IMG/VR virus record: IMGVR_UViG_3300020045_006334
Coordinates: 1-41,117 of that record
Length of the DNA: 41,117 nt
Strand: one strand, 5' to 3'
DNA from: a virus
Lineage: Duplodnaviria > Caudoviricetes
Program-made: the position numbers and the translations under genes
Part shown: in pieces, positions 16,397 through 26,364 of the stretch
How positions within the stretch are numbered: position 1 is the stretch's first letter
Layout of the letters: each line of letters starts with the position of its first letter
Notes under the pieces: model-generated
What the model saw: only the letters and a program-made list of their open reading frames with translations
Told to the model about the DNA's origin: nothing
Databases searched by the model: none

Positions 16397-16723
16397 ATGA
16401 AATGCCTACTTTGTCAAAAAAATAACGCAGTCAAGGTTGAACCTTATGGATGGATGCCTTGTAAGTCATGTCAAAAGAAACATAAAGATATTGGCAAACC
16501 CAAGACACCAGTCGAGATGACGAGTCAAGAAATAAAGGAAGGGCGTAAAATATATGAAGATGACATTGTACAACCGTTCCATGATGGACAATTAAGTAAA
16601 GAATACACAAAACTACATCCTGAACGCATACAAACCATGATTAAAGAGGGAAATGTAACACCAGAAGAAGTTAAGACTGCCAAGAATGTCTGGGATGGAA
16701 ATAATTACTACAAAAAAGAATGA
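16397..16723 (+). CDS. hypothetical Zn-finger protein
   Basis: CLLC...CKSC. Confidence 0.6.
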   Translation: MKCLLCQKNNAVKVEPYGWMPCKSCQKKHKDIGKPKTPVEMTSQEIKEGRKIYEDDIVQPFHDGQLSKEYTKLHPERIQTMIKEGNVTPEEVKTAKNVWDGNNYYKKE

Positions 16724-16917
16724 GATTATACAAATATAAACACACGAGATATGGAGATAGGGCGATGAAAGATTCTTTCTCTAAACTTGTCCACTCTTTT
16801 ATTCAAGGCAGATTTGTAGAAGTGCCGTTTATTGCGCAAGATGGAAGACTGGGTCACTTTAAGATAGAGCACGACGACTTATTGAAAGCAATTTATAAGT
16901 TATGGTTGAAATACTAA
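16720..16917 (+). CDS. hypothetical protein
   Basis: ORF track. Confidence 0.5.
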   Translation: MRLYKYKHTRYGDRAMKDSFSKLVHSFIQGRFVEVPFIAQDGRLGHFKIEHDDLLKAIYKLWLKY

Positions 16918-16918
16918 A

Positions 16919-17164
16919 ATGATTATACGAGGCCGAAGATTATCAAAGCATAACTACGAAAGTCTGGACTCAGATTCCATAGAATTTTGCTGGCTCCATA
17001 ACTTCAACATGACCAGTGAGATAGACAACCCTAACCCAGCCGACAAAAAGAAACTAGATAGAATTAGACTTGTCGAAGGTCATTCAACCGATAAAGAGGG
17101 TAAAGAAGAAAAGTTTAGATTTTGTCCTAAGTGTTATCAAGTTGTAACTTATACTCATGTTTAA
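16919..17164 (+). CDS. hypothetical protein
   Basis: ORF track; CWLH...CPKC. Confidence 0.55.
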   Translation: MIIRGRRLSKHNYESLDSDSIEFCWLHNFNMTSEIDNPNPADKKKLDRIRLVEGHSTDKEGKEEKFRFCPKCYQVVTYTHV

Positions 17165-17420
17165 TTTTATAGGAGGCTTTATTGTTACTATCATTTCCTT
17201 ACTTTTAGGCTTCTATCTAGGTAGTAAGTCTGAGCGATCAGGACTGCCAGAAGAAACTTTAGCTAAGGTCAAACAAGTATTTAAAAAGATACAATTAAAA
17301 CGAGAAGCAGTAGGTGGTGTGACTAGGCCCACAGCACAAGACATTGAAAGATACGATAACCCTAAGTTAAAAGAGGAAGAACAAGCAATGGCCGAAACTT
17401 TCTCGCAAATCATAAAATGA
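17157..17420 (+). CDS. small membrane-anchored protein
   Basis: N-terminal TM segment FIGGFIVTIISLLLGFYLG. Confidence 0.6.
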   Translation: MFNFIGGFIVTIISLLLGFYLGSKSERSGLPEETLAKVKQVFKKIQLKREAVGGVTRPTAQDIERYDNPKLKEEEQAMAETFSQIIK

Positions 17421-17929
17421 AAAAAATACAGTTATCAGGTAAAAAAAGCTTTGGTTATTTTATGTTAGTGGACAGTGGTGATTATGATTTCATAATTCAA
17501 TGGAAGTGGAAACTGGGAAGGGACGGGTACGCTAGAAGAACAGCTAAGAATGGAGTTGGTTGGAAAAATATAAAAGTTCATAGATTATTATTAAACGCTC
17601 CGATAGGTGTAATGGTAGACCACAAGAACGGAAACAAATTAGATAATAGACGAAGTAATTTAAGATTCTGTAATAAATCGCAAAATACACAAAATTGTCC
17701 TCCAAGGAAAAATCTTAAATACGGATATAAGGGTATTTATAAAAAACGGGAGAATTATTTTGTTGCAAGTATCCAATTAAATGGAAATAGAATAAACAGG
17801 TATGGCTTTCGGACGCCAGAGGAAGCGGCAGTTGGTTATAATGAACTAGCACAGAAATATTTTGGTGAATTTGCGAATATAAATATTGATATTAAAATGA
17901 TTGATGGACACTCCCCTATCCCCTACTAA
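17417..17929 (+). CDS. HNH-AP2 homing endonuclease
   Basis: VHRLL...VDHKNGNKLDNRRSNLR, then GYKGI...FRTPEEAAVGYN...FGEFA. Confidence 0.92.
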   Translation: MKKIQLSGKKSFGYFMLVDSGDYDFIIQWKWKLGRDGYARRTAKNGVGWKNIKVHRLLLNAPIGVMVDHKNGNKLDNRRSNLRFCNKSQNTQNCPPRKNLKYGYKGIYKKRENYFVASIQLNGNRINRYGFRTPEEAAVGYNELAQKYFGEFANINIDIKMIDGHSPIPY

Positions 17930-18011
17930 TACTGTATAGGTTATTATTTGTGCCTAGAATTATTAAAATAGAGTGGGGGAGTACCGAATATAATACGAAA
18001 ACCCGAAACAC

Positions 18012-18464
18012 ATGAAACACGCAGGAGGAAGACCAACCATATATAAAAAAGAATATGTAGGAGAGCTATTAAAATATTTTAACGTAGACCCATCTTTTGA
18101 AGTGCCAGTAGACTTTTATGATAAACAAGGAAACATTAAAAAGAGTACAGTAACTTTCGTTGCTAATGATTTACCAACACTCGCTGGATTTGCAAGTAAG
18201 ATAGGAGTTCACAGAGAAACATTGAATAACTGGGGAGAAGAACATGAAGAGTTTTTCGACGCAATAAAAAGAGCTAAGGATTTTCAGGAGAATATTTTGG
18301 TAAGTAATGCTTTAGGAAGCAGGTATAATCCTGCGTTCTCGATCTTCTTTGCTAAGAATAATTTAGGATGGAAAGATAGAAGCGACATTACTACAGATGA
18401 CGAGCCTATTAAGATTGACGCTAATGCAATGTTAGAGAAGGCTTATGGAACCGATAAACGATAG
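18012..18464 (+). CDS. terS: terminase small subunit
   Basis: GGRPTIY, LPTLAGFA...GVHRETLNNW and IFFAKNNLGWKD; directly upstream of terL. Confidence 0.85.
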   Translation: MKHAGGRPTIYKKEYVGELLKYFNVDPSFEVPVDFYDKQGNIKKSTVTFVANDLPTLAGFASKIGVHRETLNNWGEEHEEFFDAIKRAKDFQENILVSNALGSRYNPAFSIFFAKNNLGWKDRSDITTDDEPIKIDANAMLEKAYGTDKR

Positions 18465-19974
18465 TGCCCTAGAAAGGTGTTTTGAAACAGCATTTTCTTT
18501 AGGAGTTCCCAAAGATCAAGCAAAGAAGTTTGTTGAACTGGGATATATTCCTTTACCGTGGCAATGGGAGTTTCACGCTATTGCAAGACAAGCAGACTTA
18601 GATAATGGCCCTGTAGATATTGGATTGGGTGGAGCTAGAGGACCTGGTAAATCACACGCTGTATTGTCTCAGGCTGCTTTAGACGATTGTCAAAGAATAC
18701 GAGGGTTAAAGGGTTTGTTCCTACGTCAAACAGGAGTGGCAGCTAAAGAGTCCTTTGAAGATTTGGTTGATAAAGTTTTAAGAGGAAGAGTCAAGTATTC
18801 TAAAAGTGGTAGTACCTTAAAACTAGATGGTGGATCAAAAATAATACTAGGAGGATTTAAAGATGAAAATGATATTGATAAGTACATTGGAATTGAATAT
18901 GACTTTATTATCGTTGAGGAGCTTAATCAACTGACAGAAGATAAATACACTAAACTCAGAGGCTCGTTGCGTACTAGCAAGATAGGATGGAGACCAAGAA
19001 TGTACACGTCATTTAATCCTGGGGGTATTGGTCATTCTTTTGTAAAGAATAGATATATCATTCCTCACAGGAAACAAGAAGAGAAAGAGACTAGGTTTGT
19101 AGGTTCTACATATAAATCTAATCCATATCTTAATAAAGAATATATTGAATATCTTGAAAGTCTTACGGGAGACCTCGGTAAGGCCTGGAGAGAAGGAGAA
19201 TGGGAATTGTTCGCAGGTCAGTATTTTGATGAATGGAGAGAGAGACTACATGTTATTAACCCGTTCATTCCAACAAGAGATAATCTACTCATTGTTGGCG
19301 GTATGGACTGGGGGAGTGCTAAACCTTTTGCGTTTCACCTATCGACAATAAGAAAGATTTACTTTAATGAAATATCATTCTTTAGGGTAAAAACATTCTT
19401 TGAGGAATATGGAACGAAGAAAAGACCAGAAGAATGGAGTGAGGATATTATTATTAATCTTAAAAGATATGGATTGACACTTAAAGATATTGAATGGGTT
19501 AGAGCTGATCCTTCAATATTTGGCAAACTGAATGATATGAGTAAGAGTATTAGAGATCAATTTGTAGACGCAGATAATAAATGGTCTTTAATTAAACCAG
19601 CCAATAATGATCGTATTAACGGTTGGCAGATAATGAGAGATTGGTTATCAATAGCTCCTGACGGATTACCGTACTGGCAAGTAACATCTAATTGTAAGAA
19701 TTTAATAAGGACATTACCAGAACTTATCCACGATGATTTACACGTTGAAGATGTCGATACAGAAGGAGAGGATCATTCTGGTGATGCAATGCGTTATCAA
19801 TTCAAACATTTAAAATGGATTGACGCTAAGGTTGGAGGAATAAAACATTCTACTTCACAAACAAACATCTCTCGTACCGCACAGTTTATCGGTTCTAAAC
19901 AAGTTTCTATTGATTTAGATGCTTTTGGTGGAAAGACTACAAATGAGTCTGGAGTAGGGGGTATAGAACATTGA
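18445..19974 (+). CDS. terL: terminase large subunit
   Basis: Walker A GGARGPGKS, Walker B IIVEE, FNPGG, nuclease motifs GMDWG and DHSGDAMRY. Confidence 0.95.
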   Translation: MEPINDSALERCFETAFSLGVPKDQAKKFVELGYIPLPWQWEFHAIARQADLDNGPVDIGLGGARGPGKSHAVLSQAALDDCQRIRGLKGLFLRQTGVAAKESFEDLVDKVLRGRVKYSKSGSTLKLDGGSKIILGGFKDENDIDKYIGIEYDFIIVEELNQLTEDKYTKLRGSLRTSKIGWRPRMYTSFNPGGIGHSFVKNRYIIPHRKQEEKETRFVGSTYKSNPYLNKEYIEYLESLTGDLGKAWREGEWELFAGQYFDEWRERLHVINPFIPTRDNLLIVGGMDWGSAKPFAFHLSTIRKIYFNEISFFRVKTFFEEYGTKKRPEEWSEDIIINLKRYGLTLKDIEWVRADPSIFGKLNDMSKSIRDQFVDADNKWSLIKPANNDRINGWQIMRDWLSIAPDGLPYWQVTSNCKNLIRTLPELIHDDLHVEDVDTEGEDHSGDAMRYQFKHLKWIDAKVGGIKHSTSQTNISRTAQFIGSKQVSIDLDAFGGKTTNESGVGGIEH

Positions 19975-19989
19975 GGTATAATTAAGTTA

Positions 19990-20250
19990 ATGCTCTTCCA
20001 AATTCGAAATATACCGACTGAAATAGATGTTACCTCAGTTATTCTGTCTTACAACACTCGTGAAGCTGACTTTAACAATTTAATTCTTTGGCATTGTCCG
20101 ATATGTAATCAACCTCTTTTTCAATATACAGGTAAGGTTTTAATGATTGTTCCTGGTATGACACCTGCTACAAGTCCACCAATTTTAATAGCTTGTGCTC
20201 GTTGTAAACATAAATATCTCGTTAATTCAATAGCTAGTGATAAAATATAA
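19990..20250 (+). CDS. small C4 zinc-finger protein (Mu Com-like spacing)
   Basis: HCPICNQPLF...IACARCKHKY; own TATAAT 7 nt upstream. Confidence 0.6.
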   Translation: MLFQIRNIPTEIDVTSVILSYNTREADFNNLILWHCPICNQPLFQYTGKVLMIVPGMTPATSPPILIACARCKHKYLVNSIASDKI

Positions 20251-20253
20251 ACT

Positions 20254-22296
20254 ATGGATAACAATATTATTAGTCCTTTCTCAGCTGACGAACAGAATTT
20301 AGTAAACAATAATTTACCTCTTGATGAAGGTGTAGGACAAAACACTGATCCATTGGCCTTAGAAATCCCCGATGATGAACTGGTTAAGATAATTGATCAA
20401 AGAATTACCGCAGACAAGGAATTCTATGATGAAAAATATAATCTAACTGAGAGACGTAAAAAGAACGAGGCTTTTCTATTTGGTAGACACATAAATGAAA
20501 AAGAAAAGAATGGAGCATTTAAAAAGTACGAAACCAGAGCTAATGATAATGTCCTATACGAAATTGAGTCTTCCTTAAAGCCTTTAGCTATGTCTCGTCT
20601 TCCTGACATGATGGTTTTACCAGGTAGCGAAGAACCCGAAAAACAAGAAACAGCTAAGAATTTATCTAATGTTATTAACGATCTTAATAAGAAACGTAAA
20701 CAAAGAAAGAATTTGGCGATAGGGTTTAAACACTTACCTGTCTATTTTACTGGAGTCTTAAAGGCTAGATGGGATCCATCATTGGGAGACTCAGGAGAGG
20801 AACGGTTTGATGTAGTTAATCCTAGTTTGGTAGTAGTAAGTCATACTGCTAAAACAAATGATGTAGACGAAATGGATATGGTAGCTGAATTAACTCCATG
20901 TTCTGTTCAGGAGTTGTTTATGAAGTTCCCCTCAAAGAAACAAAAACTTACAGATGAGTTGGTTAAGAATGGTGTCTTGTTAAAAGATAAGATGGATTGG
21001 AAGTCACTTGCTACCGAGGTTGATGTTTGGGAGGTTCACTTCACTTGGTTTAAAAAGAAAACAGGAGAAGTGCTAGATCAATCTTTAGACACGGTTTTTG
21101 AACCAGGAGTTAATTGGGACAAAATTGAAGCAGTGGTTTGGAAGTATGGTGAAGTAATCTTAGACAAGAAACTTGATCCTAATTTTGATTATGAGGGAGA
21201 AAATGTTTTAACGACTCAAACAGATCCACAGGATATATCAAGTAAGCATGAACTCCAACCACAGGACATGATGAACGCCCTGTTAACTGGAGACCTATCA
21301 GCAATCAAAAAAGAAAAGGTCTATCACAATTACTTTAAAGCACCTCGTAAACCTTACTTTTTCTTTGGTTACGATCAATGGGGCAAGATTGCCTATGATG
21401 AAACCTCACGTATTGAACAGAATATCCGTAATCAAGAGAACTTAGATGACCAGGTTAAACGTATTGTCGATCAACTTAAACAGAGAATTAAACACATTTG
21501 GAGTAAAGAGTCGAGCATGAAAGCTGATGATGTTCAAAGACTCGATATGGATAATCCTTCGATTGATGTTTTAGTAGATGGAGATATTAATAAGGTTCAC
21601 GGTACAGTTCTACCAGAAAGACCTGATGCAGCCCAGTACAAGAGTGTTGAGGATACTAGAAATCGAATGTACGCTGTCTCAGGGTCTACTGCTGTTAGAG
21701 GACAGTTACAATCAGATGTAGCTACTACTAATCAGATCGCTCGTGAAGCTGATTTCACCCGTTCAGATGATTTAGTAGAGGATACGATTAACGCTGCTTG
21801 TGAATGGATGGCAGACTGGAGGATGCAGTTTATCAAATTAAGATACACTGAAGATCACTTAGTCCAAAAGATAGGTAAAAATGGAAGCGTAGTATTTAAT
21901 CGTTTAAGACGAGACATGATTAGTGATGGTATGGAAGTCGTAACCAAGAGTTCGAGCACAGATAAACTAAAGGCTCAGAATAACGCTCTATCAGCTGCAA
22001 AACTTGGAGCACCTTATACCGATCCGATCTCGTTCTTTGAAGACATGGGTATGAACGATCCAGAAGGTAGAGCCGAAAAAGGAGTAATTTTCTCAGTTGA
22101 TCCTAATCTTTATATGACTAAGTACATCATGGGGTTAAAAGATGTACAAGCTATGGGTACAGCATTAAATGGAACACCACCCACACCAGGAGCTCCTACA
22201 GAACCCCCACAAAATCCTACACCGACTAATACTACAGCTGTAGCCTCTACTCCACCTGCTACGCCAAGTGCCAATCCAGCCATTAACCCTGTTTAA
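20254..22296 (+). CDS. portal protein
   Basis: 680 aa between terL and scaffold/capsid; GVLKARWD and VATTNQI segments resemble P22-like portals. Confidence 0.8.
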   Translation: MDNNIISPFSADEQNLVNNNLPLDEGVGQNTDPLALEIPDDELVKIIDQRITADKEFYDEKYNLTERRKKNEAFLFGRHINEKEKNGAFKKYETRANDNVLYEIESSLKPLAMSRLPDMMVLPGSEEPEKQETAKNLSNVINDLNKKRKQRKNLAIGFKHLPVYFTGVLKARWDPSLGDSGEERFDVVNPSLVVVSHTAKTNDVDEMDMVAELTPCSVQELFMKFPSKKQKLTDELVKNGVLLKDKMDWKSLATEVDVWEVHFTWFKKKTGEVLDQSLDTVFEPGVNWDKIEAVVWKYGEVILDKKLDPNFDYEGENVLTTQTDPQDISSKHELQPQDMMNALLTGDLSAIKKEKVYHNYFKAPRKPYFFFGYDQWGKIAYDETSRIEQNIRNQENLDDQVKRIVDQLKQRIKHIWSKESSMKADDVQRLDMDNPSIDVLVDGDINKVHGTVLPERPDAAQYKSVEDTRNRMYAVSGSTAVRGQLQSDVATTNQIAREADFTRSDDLVEDTINAACEWMADWRMQFIKLRYTEDHLVQKIGKNGSVVFNRLRRDMISDGMEVVTKSSSTDKLKAQNNALSAAKLGAPYTDPISFFEDMGMNDPEGRAEKGVIFSVDPNLYMTKYIMGLKDVQAMGTALNGTPPTPGAPTEPPQNPTPTNTTAVASTPPATPSANPAINPV

Positions 22297-22315
22297 TTAG
22301 TAGTGGTATAATTGT

Positions 22316-23122
22316 GTGTATATGAATAATATTTCAGACGAAGATCAAAAAGAAGAATTGAAGTACGATTACGAAGATGTTCACAACAAAGATTTAGATG
22401 AGATAGCAGATGATAAAGTTGTGGAAGAAAAGGTTGAGGAAAAAACAGAACCTCCTAAAGAACCAGAACCCCCCAAAGAAGAAGTTAAGGTAGAAGAAGA
22501 ACCATTAAGTGCTGAAGAATTGGCTGATGATATTGCTAACAAGATTGCAGAAAAGAATAAACCAGTAGAAGTTGAACAGACGGAAGAAGAAAAGTACAAA
22601 GCATGGGCTAAAGATTTTGAAGAAGAAAATGGACGTGTTCCTACATGGACGGATGTAGCTTCACACCTAGAAGAAACAACCTTAAAGAAACTAGAAGACA
22701 GAGAGGTAGAAAAACAAGAACAGATTAAAAAAGAACAACAAGAAAGAGAAGAAATCGAAAAGAAAAAGGTAGAAGAGTTTAATAAGGTGGTTGATGAGGA
22801 TTTAGATGATTTATATAAGAACGAAAAGTTAACTCCTATTAAAGACAAAGACAATCCATCAGATCAAGGAGTTTTAGAACGCAAAGCTTTATTCCAAGCT
22901 ATGCTTGAAACCAATCAAGAACGTGTTAAAGAAGGTAAACGCCCTATCTATTCAATCAAAGAGATTTATTATGAACACTACTCTAAACCTAAAGCACAAC
23001 CTGCTGGAGCTGATGCACCTATTAGTTTAGGTAAAGGAACTTCACCATCTCAAGGCGAAGAACAAGAAATTGATTATGTTAAGGATGTTCATAGTAAGCC
23101 TTGGTCGTTTTTCAAAAAATAA
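22316..23122 (+). CDS. putative scaffolding protein
   Basis: Highly acidic and helical; lies between portal and capsid. Confidence 0.7.
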   Translation: MYMNNISDEDQKEELKYDYEDVHNKDLDEIADDKVVEEKVEEKTEPPKEPEPPKEEVKVEEEPLSAEELADDIANKIAEKNKPVEVEQTEEEKYKAWAKDFEEENGRVPTWTDVASHLEETTLKKLEDREVEKQEQIKKEQQEREEIEKKKVEEFNKVVDEDLDDLYKNEKLTPIKDKDNPSDQGVLERKALFQAMLETNQERVKEGKRPIYSIKEIYYEHYSKPKAQPAGADAPISLGKGTSPSQGEEQEIDYVKDVHSKPWSFFKK

Positions 23123-23123
23123 C

Positions 23124-23199
23124 TTGACACTAGATAGCAATAGTCTATAATTAGTGGTATAGGAAATATATTCCGACCCAAAAGGTCGGTTTTTTATTT
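23124..23199 (+). promoter_or_regulatory. consensus promoter plus leader terminator-like hairpin (cassette 2)
   Basis: TTGACA-16-TATAAT, 15 nt, TATAT, ccgacc-caaaa-ggtcgg, T-tract. Confidence 0.75.
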
Positions 23200-23228
23200 C
23201 TTAAAATTATAAATAATAACTAAAACAT

Positions 23229-24323
23229 ATGAGTTATGACGGAATTGCGTATAACAACCGTGTAGACAATTTTAATGAGCGTAAGCTTCATGCTAAAGTT
23301 GTCGATCAAATATTAAATGCCCCCACTTTCTATTCTCGTACCTTGTCTAAAGGTTCACCCTTCAATGGAAAAACGATGGATTGGACAGTCGATGTAGTTT
23401 CTGATACTCAAGGAGAGTTCTTTGTTGGTTTGGAAACTCTTAACTCCTCAGCAGTTAACTCGACTATCGCTCTAAGTTATGCTCACACTGCTTTCACTCA
23501 ACCTAAAGTTGGCGTGATGCTTGAGAGTTTTGCTAACACTGGAGACACTGCTACCATTTCCCTTGATGTTTTCAAGTATGAGAAAGCAGCCCAAGAAGCT
23601 CTACAGAGACTTGGTTCAGCTATCTATGCAGATGGAACCGCAAACCGACCCAACGGTCTAGGTCTTATCGTTGATGACACTGGTACAATCGGTGGACAAG
23701 CTCGTTCAACCTACTCCCAACTTAACGCTACGGATACTGCCTCAGGTGGAACAATGACTCTTGCTAAACTCGCTACCCTTGACGATGCAACCAGAGCTGC
23801 TTCCCTAATGAGTGCCACTACAGGAATTGGTGTTACTACTAAAACAGTTTTCTCTCTCTTTGAACAACTACTTCAACCTAATGTTCGTTCCTCTTATGAG
23901 GCTCTAGGATACCCTCAGATGGGTGTTCGCAGTATGACTGTTAGTAGAGGAGACAAAGCTCAGAATGGTGCAGGTTTCTTAGCTCTTGAATACAGAGGTA
24001 AACCAATCATCGCTGATGACTTCGCTACCGCAGGATATCTTTACTTCCTTAATGAAGACTCATTTGGATGGTTTGGTCGCTCAATCGTTCCTGAAGATTG
24101 GAAACCTTTTGTAGAGAAAGTTAATCTTGGTACGATGAAAGCTACTGAAGGTGTCGGTGCTATGTCTATGGATATGCCCTCAGAGTTCAATGGCTGGTTC
24201 TACCAGAAATCAATGGTTATGCCTAACCAGGCTGGTATGATTGGTCGCTTCTACGTTATCGGTCAGATGTGTGCATGGGAACCAAGACGTAACGGAAGAT
24301 TAACAGGTATTACTGGAGTCTAA
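23229..24323 (+). CDS. major capsid protein
   Basis: 364 aa after the scaffold; IYADGT...NGLGLIVD, IGGQARSTY, YRGKPIIADD and PRRNGRLTGI segments typical of HK97-fold capsids. Confidence 0.85.
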   Translation: MSYDGIAYNNRVDNFNERKLHAKVVDQILNAPTFYSRTLSKGSPFNGKTMDWTVDVVSDTQGEFFVGLETLNSSAVNSTIALSYAHTAFTQPKVGVMLESFANTGDTATISLDVFKYEKAAQEALQRLGSAIYADGTANRPNGLGLIVDDTGTIGGQARSTYSQLNATDTASGGTMTLAKLATLDDATRAASLMSATTGIGVTTKTVFSLFEQLLQPNVRSSYEALGYPQMGVRSMTVSRGDKAQNGAGFLALEYRGKPIIADDFATAGYLYFLNEDSFGWFGRSIVPEDWKPFVEKVNLGTMKATEGVGAMSMDMPSEFNGWFYQKSMVMPNQAGMIGRFYVIGQMCAWEPRRNGRLTGITGV

Positions 24324-24353
24324 GGCTTAATAATTAATAAACTATAAAAATAT

Positions 24354-25073
24354 ATGAAAGCATTTACAGGACCCTCAATAATCTCCAGTCTCGACCCATT
24401 CAAACAGTCAGACGTTCAAGAACAAGCCCTCGGTCAAAGAGCCGAAACCCAAGATGGTCGTATCTTTCGATACGCTCAAATAGGTGAAGCAATTACTATC
24501 GGTGCAGTTTGTGTGTCAGCTGCTATTGATGCAACCTTAGTTAATTGTGCAGTCACTGCCACCGCTGCTATTGGTGCTACATCAGTTTCTTTCACTAACG
24601 CTGCTACGACAGCTACCGCCAATGAATATGCAGAAGGCTTTGCGATTGTCTCTTACGGAACTGGATTAGGACAATGTCTCAAAGTTGCCTCTCACGCTGC
24701 TTGGACATCAGGTGGAGCGTCAACTGTTACACTAGAAGACCCATTGACCATTGCCCTTGATACTACGTCTAAGATTGAGTTTACCCATAATCCTTGGCAC
24801 GGTGCCATGATGACCGCTTCTCTCGTTACGAAACCAGTTGGTGGAGCTCTAAGAGCATTCACTTCAGGATATTACGGATGGCTACAAACCAGAGGTATTT
24901 TCCCAGGTATCGCAGACGGAACAATCACCGCAGGATATCAGTTACAGGTAGATGGTTCAACTGCTGGAGATGTCGAGCTAGTTGGTACTGCTACACAGCA
25001 ATACATTATTGGTAACGCTATTAAAGCAACCGCTAGTGGATATCACCACCCAATCTGGTTGGCGATTGACTAA
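24354..25073 (+). CDS. putative capsid decoration/cement protein
   Basis: LGQRAETQDGRIFRY...YGWLQTRG; directly after the capsid gene. Confidence 0.6.
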   Translation: MKAFTGPSIISSLDPFKQSDVQEQALGQRAETQDGRIFRYAQIGEAITIGAVCVSAAIDATLVNCAVTATAAIGATSVSFTNAATTATANEYAEGFAIVSYGTGLGQCLKVASHAAWTSGGASTVTLEDPLTIALDTTSKIEFTHNPWHGAMMTASLVTKPVGGALRAFTSGYYGWLQTRGIFPGIADGTITAGYQLQVDGSTAGDVELVGTATQQYIIGNAIKATASGYHHPIWLAID

Positions 25074-25119
25074 CCTTTATTCAGCCTCTCAGAAAGTCGG
25101 GAGGCTGGCTTAAGGGTTA
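25071..25119 (+). other. long intergenic stem-loop (CAGCCTC/GAGGCTG core)
   Basis: taaccttta..cagcctc / gaggctg..taagggtta. Confidence 0.7.
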
Positions 25120-25188
25120 AACCTTAAATTATTAAATCGCTCTTGACCTCGGCAGAAACGGGGGAGAGAACAACAAAAAGGATAAAAT

Positions 25189-25329
25189 ATGCCAAAAGTA
25201 AAGAAAGAAAAAAAGGTAGAAGTTGTTGGTTTTTATAAAGGATACGATATGCGATGGCTCAAAAATGAACCAGAACATCCCGATTATTATTTAGTGGCTG
25301 AATTCGAAGCCTTAAAGAAAGAAAAATAA
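25189..25329 (+). CDS. small hypothetical protein (46 aa)
   Basis: MPKVKKEKK...; fills the gap before 25331; read by hand. Confidence 0.5.
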   Translation: MPKVKKEKKVEVVGFYKGYDMRWLKNEPEHPDYYLVAEFEALKKEK

Positions 25330-25330
25330 A

Positions 25331-26299
25331 ATGCTTAAAGCAAGAAATTACATTCCAGCTCTCAAATACGGAGCTAAAATTATGCCCGAAGATATCGCTG
25401 GTATGGTTGGTCTTCCATCGGTAGGAAATATTTACTATGTTGATCCAGGAGTTTCAGTTAGTGGTAGTGGAGCTTCACAAGACGATGCTTTTAAAACACT
25501 AGCAGAGGCTTACGATGTGTTAGTAGCGGATAATGACGATGTGGTTATTATTGCTCCCTCTAGCTCAACTGGTAGAACCTCAGAGGTAGCTTCAATTACT
25601 TGGGCAAAACGCAGAACTCATATTATCGGTAATGGCCCTCTCCGCAAAGGTTGGAACAGAGCAGGTGTATCGTTTGCTTCGACGGCGACTACTCCTAGCT
25701 TTACAGTTTCCGCAACCAACTGTTCGTTTACCAATTTTATGTTCTACCAACCAAACGATATCAACGTCATGGTAAATATTACAGCTGCTTATAATACCTT
25801 TAACTACGTTCATTTCGCAGGTATTGCCAATGAGACCACAGGAGACGATACTGCTGCCAGGTGTGTAGTTATCACTGATGTAGACGACACCCAGTTCAAT
25901 AACTGTATGTTTGGAATTGATACGGTTCTAAACTCGGCAGCTAATGCTATTGTAGAGCAGATTGGAAACACCGCTTGTGCCAGAACTCAATATAACAATT
26001 GTATTTGGAGTGTCTGTTGTGATAATGCTGGGCCAAGATTTGTCTTGTTTACAGGTGCTTACTCGTCAGAAATTTATACTTTGTTCTCCAACTGTCTATT
26101 CCTGAATACCAGAGGTGGAACTACAACAATGACTGTAGGAATGACTCTTCCTGCTGCTGTCAATGGTAGAGTTATTAACGATAACTCATGGTGGTTGGGT
26201 GCTACTGACCTTGTAGATGTTGTCACTAACCTCTACACAAATTGTGTCACTCCTGATACTAACGACCAAGGTGTTCTCGCTGTACACGCTAATAGTTAG
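25331..26299 (+). CDS. virion protein with a pectin-lyase-like beta-helix
   Basis: IYYVDP...GSGASQDDAFKTLAEA...DVVII; repeated FxNC motifs. Confidence 0.7.
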   Translation: MLKARNYIPALKYGAKIMPEDIAGMVGLPSVGNIYYVDPGVSVSGSGASQDDAFKTLAEAYDVLVADNDDVVIIAPSSSTGRTSEVASITWAKRRTHIIGNGPLRKGWNRAGVSFASTATTPSFTVSATNCSFTNFMFYQPNDINVMVNITAAYNTFNYVHFAGIANETTGDDTAARCVVITDVDDTQFNNCMFGIDTVLNSAANAIVEQIGNTACARTQYNNCIWSVCCDNAGPRFVLFTGAYSSEIYTLFSNCLFLNTRGGTTTMTVGMTLPAAVNGRVINDNSWWLGATDLVDVVTNLYTNCVTPDTNDQGVLAVHANS

Positions 26300-26345
26300 T
26301 TTTTTACCCAGCCTCAACCCCCTTGAGGCTGGGATAAAAAACTAA
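26296..26345 (+). other. long intergenic stem-loop (CAGCCTC/GAGGCTG core)
   Basis: ttagtttttta-cccagcctcaa-ccccc-ttgaggctggg-a-taaaaaactaa. Confidence 0.8.
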
Positions 26346-26364
26346 ATTACTAACTAAATAAATA

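Noticed and set aside
17909-17982. Imperfect hairpin upstream of terS as a packaging (pac) site
   Set aside because: The pairing is imperfect and nothing in the sequence ties it to packaging.
22381-22854. 157-aa Ser/Phe-rich minus-strand ORF
   Set aside because: Antisense shadow of the Glu/Lys-rich scaffold gene, with no promoter or start context.
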